Origin: a virus
Taxonomy: Duplodnaviria > Caudoviricetes
IMG/VR virus record: IMGVR_UViG_3300005805_000415
Coordinates: 1 to 26,189 of that record
Strand: one strand, 5' to 3'
DNA: 26,189 nt
Shown piece by piece: positions 1 to 9,061 of this stretch; the first letter of the stretch is position 1, and every line of letters starts with the position of its first letter. The notes beneath the pieces are model-generated. The model was not told the DNA's origin and ran no database searches. It was given only the letters and a program-made list of their open reading frames with translations. Made by a program: the position numbers and the translations under genes.

Positions 1-86
1 TCCCAAAGGCTACGATACCAGATATTGGTGGGATCTCCAAGATACTTCTTGGGATTCCTTGGTGAGAAACGTCCTGAATATGCCAT
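1..86 (-). CDS. gp4: Head completion protein/nuclease, T4 gp4-like (5' part only; runs off the left edge)
   Basis: The reverse complement from ATG at 86 reads MAYSGRFSPRNPKKYLGDPTNIWYRSLW. This matches the gp4 N-terminal pattern MAYSG.f.P.N..KY.GDP..I.YRS.W. It is divergent from the gp53/gp5 cluster, as in T4-like phages. Not in the supplied ORF track. Confidence 0.93.
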   Translation of the reverse strand, partial: MAYSGRFSPRNPKKYLGDPTNIWYRSLW

Positions 87-93
87 ATAAATA
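86..93 (+). promoter_or_regulatory. T4-type late promoter (gp55 sigma) TATAAATA driving the baseplate operon
   Basis: Exact TATAAATA at 86-93, 27 nt before the ATG at 121, with an SD-like AGAGGT at 108-113. Confidence 0.85.
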
Positions 94-99
94 TTTAGT
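92..99 (-). promoter_or_regulatory. Late promoter variant ACTAAATA for gp4
   Basis: The minus strand reads ACTAAATA-TTTAT-ATG. The same ACTAAATA octamer occurs in the only other sizeable intergenic gap (26074-26081). Confidence 0.65.
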
Positions 100-120
100 C
101 AATCCATAGAGGTATTGTAG

Positions 121-1020
121 ATGGGATTTACTGATGAATTAATTTCAAAAGCCAGCAACTATTTAAATAACCTGGCTAAAGGACCGAGCGCAAAAGGTGA
201 TTTCACGCAAAATGATGATGCGAAAAATTCACGTTTTACTTTTCCAGATAATCTTGGAACACAAAGATACCCACATTTAATGAAATTTAGCGCCATACAA
301 TATCCAGATTATCAGATGTATAAAAAACAAACTGCTAAACCAGTTAGTAATATTTTTTTACCAGTTCCAGATAATTTAGCGGTGAGTCAACAGCACGATT
401 GGTCGAATTTTAATTTAGCAGAAATGTTGCAAAATTATGAAGTTGTAGCAAATGTAGTCGGGGGTCCTTTTGAATCTCTTTTAAACAGAATAGGAATTAG
501 CAACACAGATTTATTTGATGCATCAGATGCAACAGTTGAGGGTCTATCAAAACTGGCAGAAGCTGGGTTGGGATTAAAAGATGCTACTAGAGCTGCTTTG
601 GCATCAGTCAATAGAGCTGTAAATCCTAGATATGAATTGATGTTTAATTCTACGACTCCAAGACAATATGTATTTGATTTTAAAATGGTTCCTAAAGACG
701 CAAAAGAATCGGCTGCTATAAAAAAAATTATTGATGAATTTCAAAAATGGGCACTACCATCAGCTGCAAATGAATTAGCAAGATATTTAACTCCACCAGC
801 AATTTGGGGAGTGAGATTTTATTTTGGGGAAAACCCAAATAATTATTTGTTTAAGTTACTCAATTGTGCTTTAGTTGGTATTGACGTGAGTTATCCAAAC
901 GGAGGAAATCAATTCGCATCTTTCTACGATGGCTATCCGATTGAAACTGCACTACAATTAAGATTTGCTGAAACAAATGCATTAACCAGAGAAAGATATC
1001 AAAGTCTAGTTGGTATATAA
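121..1020 (+). CDS. gp48: Baseplate tail-tube cap/initiator, T4 gp48-like
   Basis: 299 aa. Motifs NPRYELMFNSTTPRQYVFDFKMVPKDAKESAAIKKIIDEF, P.IW.V.F, C.L..IDVSY.NG and LQLRFAETNALTRE are typical of the gp48/gp54 family. Lies directly upstream of gp53. Confidence 0.8.
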   Translation: MGFTDELISKASNYLNNLAKGPSAKGDFTQNDDAKNSRFTFPDNLGTQRYPHLMKFSAIQYPDYQMYKKQTAKPVSNIFLPVPDNLAVSQQHDWSNFNLAEMLQNYEVVANVVGGPFESLLNRIGISNTDLFDASDATVEGLSKLAEAGLGLKDATRAALASVNRAVNPRYELMFNSTTPRQYVFDFKMVPKDAKESAAIKKIIDEFQKWALPSAANELARYLTPPAIWGVRFYFGENPNNYLFKLLNCALVGIDVSYPNGGNQFASFYDGYPIETALQLRFAETNALTRERYQSLVGI

Positions 1021-1022
1021 AA

Positions 1023-1706
1023 ATGTCTCAAAAATATTTTGAACCTTTTAAAAAGATAAGATATACGTTTAGTGACAGAAATTTAAATCAAACAGCTGTT
1101 ATTAACATTTTTCAGAGATCATCCTTTTTAAGTTCATTAAAAGAAAACATTGACGCCTTTTATACACACATAGTGACTGATCAGGACACTATAGAAATCA
1201 TTGCTAACAGATACTATGGTGATCCAAAATACAACTGGATAATACTTTTATTCAATAATATTATAGATCCATTTTATAGTCTGCCTCTCTCAAGAGAAAA
1301 TTTTGAAAAATTTGTTGTACAAAAATACAACCACAATAGCATATCAGAATCTATAAGTGCAGTGCATCACTATGAACTGGAGACGATCACTAGAGAATTT
1401 ATTAATGGCTTTTTGATGAGCACAACAACTTCAACTAGAATAACATCAGATTATGAGGTTGATTACGATACAGGTGCAATTACCAAAAGAGCTGCTCTTC
1501 CTGTTGCAGGTCAAACTATTGAATTAGACTCCAAAACAATTACAATTGATTCATCTGTTATAACTTATACTGACACCATAAAAGCAATATCAAATTATGA
1601 CTACGAAGATGATTTAAATGAAAAAAAGAGAAGAATCAAAATACTTCGCCCTGAACTCAAATCTCCAGTAGAAATTGAGTTTAGAAAATTAATGCTAAAT
1701 GGGTGA
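1023..1706 (+). CDS. gp53: Baseplate wedge protein gp53 (LysM-like)
   Basis: 227 aa. N-terminal YFEPFKKIRY, LysM-like DTIEIIANRYYGDPKYNWIILLFNNIIDPF, VHHYE, and C-terminal SNYDYEDDLNEKKRRIKILRP. Confidence 0.92.
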   Translation: MSQKYFEPFKKIRYTFSDRNLNQTAVINIFQRSSFLSSLKENIDAFYTHIVTDQDTIEIIANRYYGDPKYNWIILLFNNIIDPFYSLPLSRENFEKFVVQKYNHNSISESISAVHHYELETITREFINGFLMSTTTSTRITSDYEVDYDTGAITKRAALPVAGQTIELDSKTITIDSSVITYTDTIKAISNYDYEDDLNEKKRRIKILRPELKSPVEIEFRKLMLNG

Positions 1707-1712
1707 TGAATA

Positions 1713-3086
1713 ATGGCTGATGCACCACAAGAAATTACTGGAGATCAACCTGCAGAGCAACCTGCCATACTACCAGGAGTTGAGGTTGTGGCATCAAGAA
1801 TTAATGATTCTGAAGGTGCTTCGACAGGAGTCACTCACAAAAATTATGAAATTAAATCCATTACACTTAGAACAGAAAATGGTATAGACATAGACATCAG
1901 ATTGCAAGTACAAAGACTAGAAATATATTTTGATTTATTTGGCAATTGTTCATCTGGACAGTTTATCATATATGACGGTAATGATCTCATTAGTGGTTAT
2001 GTATCAAGAACTGATGGAAGTGTTGCGGCACCATTAGCTGGCTTAGAAAATTTAGACATTGAGATAGATGTAAAAGTTGAAAGTGAATCTGTTGAAACGA
2101 TCAATAAATTGTATAGAATAGATAAAATTTCAAAGATGAAGCCATCTACAAATGGCTCTCAAATGTATTTGGTTCATTTTGTTTCTCAACCTAAAATCAG
2201 ATCATTAACATCAAAAATAAGTAAATCATACAAAGGTGAGGTGACTAGCAATATTGTGCGAGAAATTTGTAGAGATCAACTGGGAATAACAAATTTAGAT
2301 ATAGATTCAACAACAAGTAAGCATGATGTTATCATACCAAATTTAAGACCACTGCAAGCAATTTCTTGGCTCGCATCCAAATCATACTCTGGTGAAGAAG
2401 ATGTTTGCTTTTTCTTCTATGAAACTAATGATAAATTTAAATTCAAATCACTGCAAAAATTATACGATCAAGCACCAAAGTATACTAAACCATACACTTT
2501 CGGATCTAAAATAGTTGATGATAACGCGGAATCTAGAAATCCTCAATTTGAAATTATAGATTATACGGTGAGAGAATTCGATATGCAAGCTGCTCTAATC
2601 ACAGGAGGCATTGGTTCCAAAATGTTGGGTGTTGATATTTTTAATCAAACAACTAACATTTATGAGGAAAGTTTTAGTAAGAATATAGGATCAAGTTTGA
2701 ATGGGAATTTGCCTTTCTATGATACATCATTAGTGTCTGAAAAATATGACTCATTCTATTTAACCTCAAATGAAGTTAAAGATCAACCTGGTGTTTCTGA
2801 TAATGATGTTAAATACACCATCAAAAGAGCACAAACTATGGCAATGATGAAACATTTTTCAATCACTATACATGTTCCAGGAAATTGGGATTTATCTCCA
2901 GGAGATATAGTAAATGTAACTTATCCTAAGCATAAAGTTACTGAACATGGTAAAACTCCTGAACAAAATCCATATAGAAACGGTAAGTTCTTAGTAACAG
3001 CTGTAAATCATGTCTTAGAACAAGGTATGATGAGAACTACTGCAGAATTGTGTTCAGATTCTTTGGTAACTGCTTTACCAGGATAA
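1713..3086 (+). CDS. Probable baseplate hub protein (gp27/gpD-like)
   Basis: 457 aa between gp53 and gp5. Motifs KISKSYKG..S.IV..I, IPNLRPLQAISWLA, FFFYET...F.FKSL..L, VPGN..L.PGD.V and GKFLVTAVNH fit the hub (gp27/VgrG-N/gpD) fold. Confidence 0.72.
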   Translation: MADAPQEITGDQPAEQPAILPGVEVVASRINDSEGASTGVTHKNYEIKSITLRTENGIDIDIRLQVQRLEIYFDLFGNCSSGQFIIYDGNDLISGYVSRTDGSVAAPLAGLENLDIEIDVKVESESVETINKLYRIDKISKMKPSTNGSQMYLVHFVSQPKIRSLTSKISKSYKGEVTSNIVREICRDQLGITNLDIDSTTSKHDVIIPNLRPLQAISWLASKSYSGEEDVCFFFYETNDKFKFKSLQKLYDQAPKYTKPYTFGSKIVDDNAESRNPQFEIIDYTVREFDMQAALITGGIGSKMLGVDIFNQTTNIYEESFSKNIGSSLNGNLPFYDTSLVSEKYDSFYLTSNEVKDQPGVSDNDVKYTIKRAQTMAMMKHFSITIHVPGNWDLSPGDIVNVTYPKHKVTEHGKTPEQNPYRNGKFLVTAVNHVLEQGMMRTTAELCSDSLVTALPG

Positions 3087-3089
3087 TAT

Positions 3090-4754
3090 ATGACAACTCC
3101 AGTTAAACATTACATGGGTTTAGATGGCTTCGTCTGGTTCGTTGGCGTTATAGAAGATCGCATGGATCCAGAGAAATTAAATCGAGTTCGTGTGAGATGT
3201 TACGGATTTCATTCGGAAAGTAAAGAAGACATCCCAACTGAAGATCTTCCTTGGGCTAATTGTGTGGTGCCACCAACAAACCCAGCTGCATATTCACCAA
3301 AGGAAGGTGATTGGGTTGTTGGCTTTTTTATGGATGCATATGATGCTCAGCAGCCAGTCATTATGGGAATACTACCAGGAAAACCAAAAGCAAAACCAAA
3401 GAAATCTAATGGATTTGCTGATCCAAATGGTGTTTATCCAAAATATGTAAACGAACCAACTACCACTAGATTGGCTAGAGGCGACATTAAGAAAACTGTA
3501 ATTGAAACTATAAAGAAACAAAGAAAGAAAAATGTAAGATCAACTAGAATAAGTGGTAAAAGATGGGATGAGCCAGAGCCACAATATGGTGCAAAATATC
3601 CATACAACTATGCTCATGAAACTGAGTCAGGGCATGCTTTTGAAATGGATGACACTAAGGGTAAAGAAAGAGTCAATTTGGCGCATAAAATTGGAACAGT
3701 CATAGAATTTAGTTCTAAAGGTGATCGCGTAGATCATATACACAAAGATAAGTATAGTGTTACGATGGGTAGCGATTTTATGTACGTTAAAGGTTCGTGT
3801 AGCATTACTGTAGATGGTGATTGTGATATGAAAATTGGCGGTAAGTGGAATGTGGAAGCTGGTGAGATTAATATATGCGCTACACGTCATGTTAAAATAA
3901 AAGGTGGTTCCAAAACTCAAATTGAATCTGGTGGTGGAATGGACATCAAAGCTGGTGGTTCAATGAAAGTCGGTGGTGGTGGTAAAGCATCATTTGGTGG
4001 ATCTTCTGCAGTTGTATATGGTGCTAAAGTTGATTTAGCTGGTGCTTTTATAAACATTCCTGGTGGTTCGCCAAGTTTTCCAAAAGGAACAGGTTTGTCA
4101 TCAGGTGGATTAGAAGGATTCGTCCCAGGTGCAGCCATCGGAACTTTAGACTACTTCAATTTTAAGGGATTGGGTCTCATCGATGCAATAGGAAATCCAT
4201 TAGGTGACTTTAAAACTCTATTGGATACTGGCGGATTAGTTGCTGGATTGGCTGGAGGATTAAATTTTGGAGCGATTACATCAGCTCTAGCTGCCACTAG
4301 CCAATTTTCTAATTTAACTAAAGAGATAGCAGGCATAACATCAACTGTCAGCTCTGTTTATGGGGATGCTCAAAATTTGATAAATCAAGGTAATTCTTTG
4401 TTAAAACAAGCATTGCCATTGGGACAGTTAGAAAATGGTTTACAAACAATTGAAGGTGGATTAAATAGTTTGTCTGGTGATATACTAAATCTATCACCAA
4501 ATCAAATTACGAATATACAAACAAGTGCTGGATCTTTGGTACAAAGAGCTGCTGAGAGCGGAGTCACTATGGATTTGAGCTCAATAGTTGGAACAGCAAC
4601 AGGAGGAGCAACTTCCCCTGTAGCACCAGGAGGAGTTTTGTCTATCGGCGCAGGTGGAACTCAAGAACCCACCAGCATTATTGCCAAGGAACTTTTCCCA
4701 AGAACTATAACATTTCCAATATCGCCTATATCTTCTAACACTAGTGGTACATAA
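3090..4754 (+). CDS. gp5: Baseplate central spike gp5 (OB-fold plus beta-helix, no lysozyme domain, C-terminal extension)
   Basis: N-terminal FVWFVGVIEDRMDPEKLNRVRVRCYGFH...DLPWA...GDWVVGFFMD...QQPVIMG (gp5 OB domain), then YPYN..HETESGH..E.DDT.G.ER, then 8-residue V.G-type beta-helix repeats. Confidence 0.93.
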   Translation: MTTPVKHYMGLDGFVWFVGVIEDRMDPEKLNRVRVRCYGFHSESKEDIPTEDLPWANCVVPPTNPAAYSPKEGDWVVGFFMDAYDAQQPVIMGILPGKPKAKPKKSNGFADPNGVYPKYVNEPTTTRLARGDIKKTVIETIKKQRKKNVRSTRISGKRWDEPEPQYGAKYPYNYAHETESGHAFEMDDTKGKERVNLAHKIGTVIEFSSKGDRVDHIHKDKYSVTMGSDFMYVKGSCSITVDGDCDMKIGGKWNVEAGEINICATRHVKIKGGSKTQIESGGGMDIKAGGSMKVGGGGKASFGGSSAVVYGAKVDLAGAFINIPGGSPSFPKGTGLSSGGLEGFVPGAAIGTLDYFNFKGLGLIDAIGNPLGDFKTLLDTGGLVAGLAGGLNFGAITSALAATSQFSNLTKEIAGITSTVSSVYGDAQNLINQGNSLLKQALPLGQLENGLQTIEGGLNSLSGDILNLSPNQITNIQTSAGSLVQRAAESGVTMDLSSIVGTATGGATSPVAPGGVLSIGAGGTQEPTSIIAKELFPRTITFPISPISSNTSGT

Positions 4755-4756
4755 TT

Positions 4757-6604
4757 ATGACAGTTTCAGTTGGATTAGTTAAGAAAATCGTATTAGCCTT
4801 CATTGGTGGTGTTAAGTTGATGCCAGTTCCAACAGTACAAATTGGAGGAACAACAGCAGTCACACAATTAGGTGGATTAGCAGGTATGGCTGCAAGTTTT
4901 GCTGGTGGTGCTTTGGGCGGTCTATCAGGAGTATTATCAGGTGGACTTGGTAGTGCGTTGGGTGGAGCATTAGGTGGAGCATTATCTGGTGGACTTTCTG
5001 GGGCATTATCTGGAGCAATATCTTCTGGTGGATTAAGTGGTGCGCTGGGCGGATTTACTGCTGGCTCATCAGCGCTGTCTGCTGTTGGTAAATCTTTAAC
5101 TGGTGCTCTTGGTGGTAATATTGGTGGTTTAGATAATTTAACTTCTAAATTTGATCAGGCTAATGTTGATGTGGATTCTTTCAGCAATATCATTGGAGAG
5201 GTCGGTAGCTTATCAACTACATCACAGTTAAAAGCAGCAGCAGATAGAGTCGGTGTGACTGTAAATTATGGAGAACTGTCAGACATCAGTAGCTTGAATG
5301 CTAAGTTGGAGAGTATTGGGGTAAATCCAGCTGAGTATGGTGATTTAAATGAGATCAGCAATGTTGGGCGACTTTCTGACACTCTTTCAAGTATGGGAGT
5401 TTCTAAAGAATTTGATTTTGGAGATTTGACTGGCGTCACAGCATCAATTCCTGTAACACCAGCAACAATACAACCACAAACCTCAGACGCATTCGCTGCT
5501 TTGGTGCAAAGAGAAGGTGGATTGAACTTTTTGGCTAAGAGCTTAGCAACTGGCGGAGTTTCTCTGGATGAAACTCTATCATCAATTTCTAGAAATCCAG
5601 TTTCTAGTACGATATCGTCAACCAAAACCACTTTGAATACATTGACAGCCTGTAACTATACTGGACTCGATTCTTCTCTATCTAACATATCTTCTGATCC
5701 AGCATTGTCAGCAGCATATCAACAACTTAAATTATCAATTGGCGGACCAGACGGTTTGTCTGGTGCAGTTTCTTATGTCAATGCTTTTGAGGATCACACC
5801 AATAGGTTATCTGGTATAACTCTATCTTCTGATGTAACTGGTATCATCCCAGAGGAAGAAAACACTGAAATTTTTGAGTACAAATACGATCTTCCTATGA
5901 ATACGCCATATGTGGTTGCATCTTTTACACCGCAAAAGATTCGTTCTGCAAAGTTTTTTATACAGGCTACCTCTAACGTAGATCACCAAACTACGGAAGT
6001 GTTCGTGGTTCATGATAATTTACGAGTTTATACCCGCGAGGTAGATGTTATCTACTCACACGACCCTTTTATAACATTTACCAGCCAATTTACGACCAAT
6101 AATGTAACAGTTTTGGCTACCAGTACCAAACCTAATACCGACATTGTGATTTATAGTATTAGATTACCAGTCATAACCAAAGCCAATTCTAATCACACAA
6201 TAGATCAGGGTAGTATCATCGATAATGCACGTGTTCTAAAGGGATTCTTCCCAGAGGATAATGTTGATTATATATCAGCCCAAACAGGTAGTTTGAAAAA
6301 GGCTAATACTGTAGCCGAGTTGAATACGCAAATTAACGACGCAATCATAAAGTTGAATAGCTCAGAATTCAACTCCTTATCCGTTGAAGATAAAAAACAA
6401 TACATAAATTCTATCGCAAGTTCTATAAATACAAGAAGCGTATCTCTACAAACCTCAATAGATTCTGATTTGTCAGCATATAGCGATTTAGAAAAGGTGA
6501 TAAATGCTGCAGATGTCGTTTCTACATTAGTGATAAACTACGCTTCGATAGATACAAAGAGTTTGTTTAGCACAACTACTGCGGTAGGATTGGATCAGAA
6601 ATAA
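4757..6604 (+). CDS. Hypothetical Gly-rich virion protein between gp5 and gp25
   Basis: 615-aa ORF, 2 nt after the gp5 stop, overlapping the gp25 start (TAATG). It has a GGxL-rich N-terminus, internal repeats of about 24 aa, an RSAKFFIQ...EVFVVHD beta-domain resembling T4-like virion structural proteins, and a helical C-terminus. Confidence 0.7.
   Translation: MTVSVGLVKKIVLAFIGGVKLMPVPTVQIGGTTAVTQLGGLAGMAASFAGGALGGLSGVLSGGLGSALGGALGGALSGGLSGALSGAISSGGLSGALGGFTAGSSALSAVGKSLTGALGGNIGGLDNLTSKFDQANVDVDSFSNIIGEVGSLSTTSQLKAAADRVGVTVNYGELSDISSLNAKLESIGVNPAEYGDLNEISNVGRLSDTLSSMGVSKEFDFGDLTGVTASIPVTPATIQPQTSDAFAALVQREGGLNFLAKSLATGGVSLDETLSSISRNPVSSTISSTKTTLNTLTACNYTGLDSSLSNISSDPALSAAYQQLKLSIGGPDGLSGAVSYVNAFEDHTNRLSGITLSSDVTGIIPEEENTEIFEYKYDLPMNTPYVVASFTPQKIRSAKFFIQATSNVDHQTTEVFVVHDNLRVYTREVDVIYSHDPFITFTSQFTTNNVTVLATSTKPNTDIVIYSIRLPVITKANSNHTIDQGSIIDNARVLKGFFPEDNVDYISAQTGSLKKANTVAELNTQINDAIIKLNSSEFNSLSVEDKKQYINSIASSINTRSVSLQTSIDSDLSAYSDLEKVINAADVVSTLVINYASIDTKSLFSTTTAVGLDQK
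6424..6431 (+). promoter_or_regulatory. Possible internal late promoter TATAAATA upstream of gp25
   Basis: Exact consensus about 170 nt before the gp25 start. It is inside a CDS in AT-rich DNA, so it could be chance. Confidence 0.5.
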
Positions 6605-7002
6605 TGGCAATTCTAACAAAAAATAACAGATATTTAGATTTAGATTTAAATTTTGCTGCTCATCCAGTTACTGGGGACATAGTTAAAGTCAAAGACGAGA
6701 AAGCAGTTATAGCCTCAATCGGTAATTTAATACAAACAAATTTTTTTGAGCGATTGTTTAATCCTGATCTGGGATGTGACATTAAACAATACTTATTTGA
6801 TCCAATTGATTTGATAACCTCTATAAAATTAGAAGATAGTTTACGATTAGTTATTTCTAGATATGAACCAAGAGCATCAATACAAGAATTAAGAGTTACT
6901 CCTAATTTTGACAGCGAGAGATATGATATTTCATTAACCTTAGTAATTAACAATTTGACTGATCCGTTTACAATAGATTTTTTTCTAGAGAGAATAAGAT
7001 AA
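6604..7002 (+). CDS. gp25: Baseplate wedge subunit gp25
   Basis: 132 aa. YLDLDLNF..HPVTGDI, AVIASIGNLIQTNFFERLFNPDLGCDIKQYLFD, YEPRA, and terminal LERIR. Confidence 0.95.
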   Translation: MAILTKNNRYLDLDLNFAAHPVTGDIVKVKDEKAVIASIGNLIQTNFFERLFNPDLGCDIKQYLFDPIDLITSIKLEDSLRLVISRYEPRASIQELRVTPNFDSERYDISLTLVINNLTDPFTIDFFLERIR

Positions 7003-7003
7003 A

Positions 7004-9061
7004 ATGGCAGAAAAAAACATCAATATTTCAGAATTAGATTTTGATACTATCAAAACTAATTTGAAGAGATTTTTAAAAGATCAGTCTGAATTCTCAGATT
7101 ATAATTTTGAGGGTTCTGGTCTTTCCGTATTGCTAGATGTGTTGGCATATAACACACATTATATGGGCTACTATTTAAACATGGTAGCCAATGAAATGTT
7201 TATTGACACTGCTCAGCTAAGAGAGTCAGTAGTTTCTCACGCAAAACTTCTCGGTTATACCCCAATGTCTAGAATTGCTTCTCAAGCAACGATTAATGTA
7301 TCGTTTCAGGAAGTGAGTGGTGGTTCTAACAGCGCCATTACAATGCCAAGATTTACTCAATTTGGATCAGCTTCGAAGGATGGTATAACATACACTTTTG
7401 TAAATGTTGAACAAAAAACTGCTACAAAAAACAATCAAGGTTTCTTTAATTTTACTAACGTCAAAATCAAAGAAGGTAATCCAGCATCATTTACATTTGT
7501 ATACGATTCACAAACTAATCCTAAACAATTGTTTGTATTGCCTGATGCAGGTATAGACACAACTACATTATTAGTGCAGGTGCAAAAATCTTCTAGAAAT
7601 GCTAATTTAGAAACTTTCGTATTGGCACAAGACGCTACAGAAGTTGACTCTACTGCACCAGTGTATTATTTGGAACAAAATCGTGAAGGCAAATATCAAA
7701 TATATTTTGGTGATGATGTCATCGGTAAAAAATTATCAGAAGGCAACATTATAATCGTATCATATATTACAACTTCAGGTGATGCTGCGAATGGAATTAA
7801 AAAATTCAAAATGATAGGAACTTTGTTGAATACAGTAATTCCAACTATCACGCTGGTAAATGAATCTTCTGATGGTAAACTTGAAGAGTCTATTGAGAAA
7901 ATTAGATTTACTGCACCGAAATCATTTATCGCACAAAACAGAGCAGTAACCAAAAACGACTACATTTCTTTAATCAATAAAAATTACCCATACTTTGACG
8001 CAGTAACTGTTTGGGGTGGCGAAGAAGCTGTTCCTCCAGTGTATGGTAAAATTTTCTTCTCAATTAAACCACGCGGAAATTACGAAATAACTGAAACTGA
8101 AATTGATTACATAAAGAAAGAAATAATTCAACCTGTGAGTGTTTTGACTGTCACTCCAGAGTATGTGGCTCCAGACTATAACTATCTGAATCTGGTTGTT
8201 GATGTTGTATATGATCCAAGAAAAACAACTAAATCTATTGGTGAGATTAGAACAGCTGTTAAAACTGCGATTGAAAACTTCTCAGATGAATATTTAAATT
8301 CATTCAACAACACGCTAAAATTATCTAGAATGATTCGTGCTATAGATGATTCAGATCCTTCAATAGAAAATAATTCTGTTAAGTTGCTATTAGAAAAGAG
8401 ATTTAGACCAACTCTAGGTCAATCTAAAGGATACAAATTAGATTTTAATGTGGAAATAAAAAGGGGAACTGTCAATGATAGAGTTTACAGTGAACCTTCT
8501 TTTGAACATTTAGATGAATTTGGTGTGTTGAGAACATGCTTCATAGAAGAAGTTCCACTATCGTTTTCTGGCATTGATGAGGTGGAGATAGTTTCAGCTG
8601 GGGATGGGTACACTGAAATTCCAAGCATTGTTATTGAAGGCGATGGTGAGGGTGCTATAGCTGAGGCAGTAATTGTAAATGGTAAATTAAAATCTGTTAT
8701 TGTCACAAGATCAGGATCAAATTATTCAGCAGCTGTAGCAAGAGTTGTTGGTGGCGGTGGATCTGGGGCAGAAATAAAACCAGTGCTGCAAGGTAAAAAG
8801 GGTAACTTAAGATTGTATTATTTCGATACGAATAATGTTAAAAGAGTAATCAATCCGAATGTCGGAACGGTTTTTTATTTGGATGGAGTAATTGAATTAA
8901 ACAACTTCATGCCAGAAACTATTGCGGATGCATTCGGAACACTGGTATTCAAGGCTTCCCCCAGCACCACTACATTTTCATCAGATAGAAACTCTATCAT
9001 AACTTTAGATAAGACTGACCCAGCAGCAATACAAATCAACATTAGTCAAGTTACAAGTTAA
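7004..9061 (+). CDS. gp6: Baseplate wedge subunit gp6
   Basis: 685 aa. LDFDTIKTNLK, FSDYNFEGSGLSVLLDVLAYNTHY, ANEMFIDTAQLRESVVSHAKLLGY.P, FGDDVIGKK, QNRAVTKNDY and WGGEEAVPPVYGK. Confidence 0.96.
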   Translation: MAEKNINISELDFDTIKTNLKRFLKDQSEFSDYNFEGSGLSVLLDVLAYNTHYMGYYLNMVANEMFIDTAQLRESVVSHAKLLGYTPMSRIASQATINVSFQEVSGGSNSAITMPRFTQFGSASKDGITYTFVNVEQKTATKNNQGFFNFTNVKIKEGNPASFTFVYDSQTNPKQLFVLPDAGIDTTTLLVQVQKSSRNANLETFVLAQDATEVDSTAPVYYLEQNREGKYQIYFGDDVIGKKLSEGNIIIVSYITTSGDAANGIKKFKMIGTLLNTVIPTITLVNESSDGKLEESIEKIRFTAPKSFIAQNRAVTKNDYISLINKNYPYFDAVTVWGGEEAVPPVYGKIFFSIKPRGNYEITETEIDYIKKEIIQPVSVLTVTPEYVAPDYNYLNLVVDVVYDPRKTTKSIGEIRTAVKTAIENFSDEYLNSFNNTLKLSRMIRAIDDSDPSIENNSVKLLLEKRFRPTLGQSKGYKLDFNVEIKRGTVNDRVYSEPSFEHLDEFGVLRTCFIEEVPLSFSGIDEVEIVSAGDGYTEIPSIVIEGDGEGAIAEAVIVNGKLKSVIVTRSGSNYSAAVARVVGGGGSGAEIKPVLQGKKGNLRLYYFDTNNVKRVINPNVGTVFYLDGVIELNNFMPETIADAFGTLVFKASPSTTTFSSDRNSIITLDKTDPAAIQINISQVTS

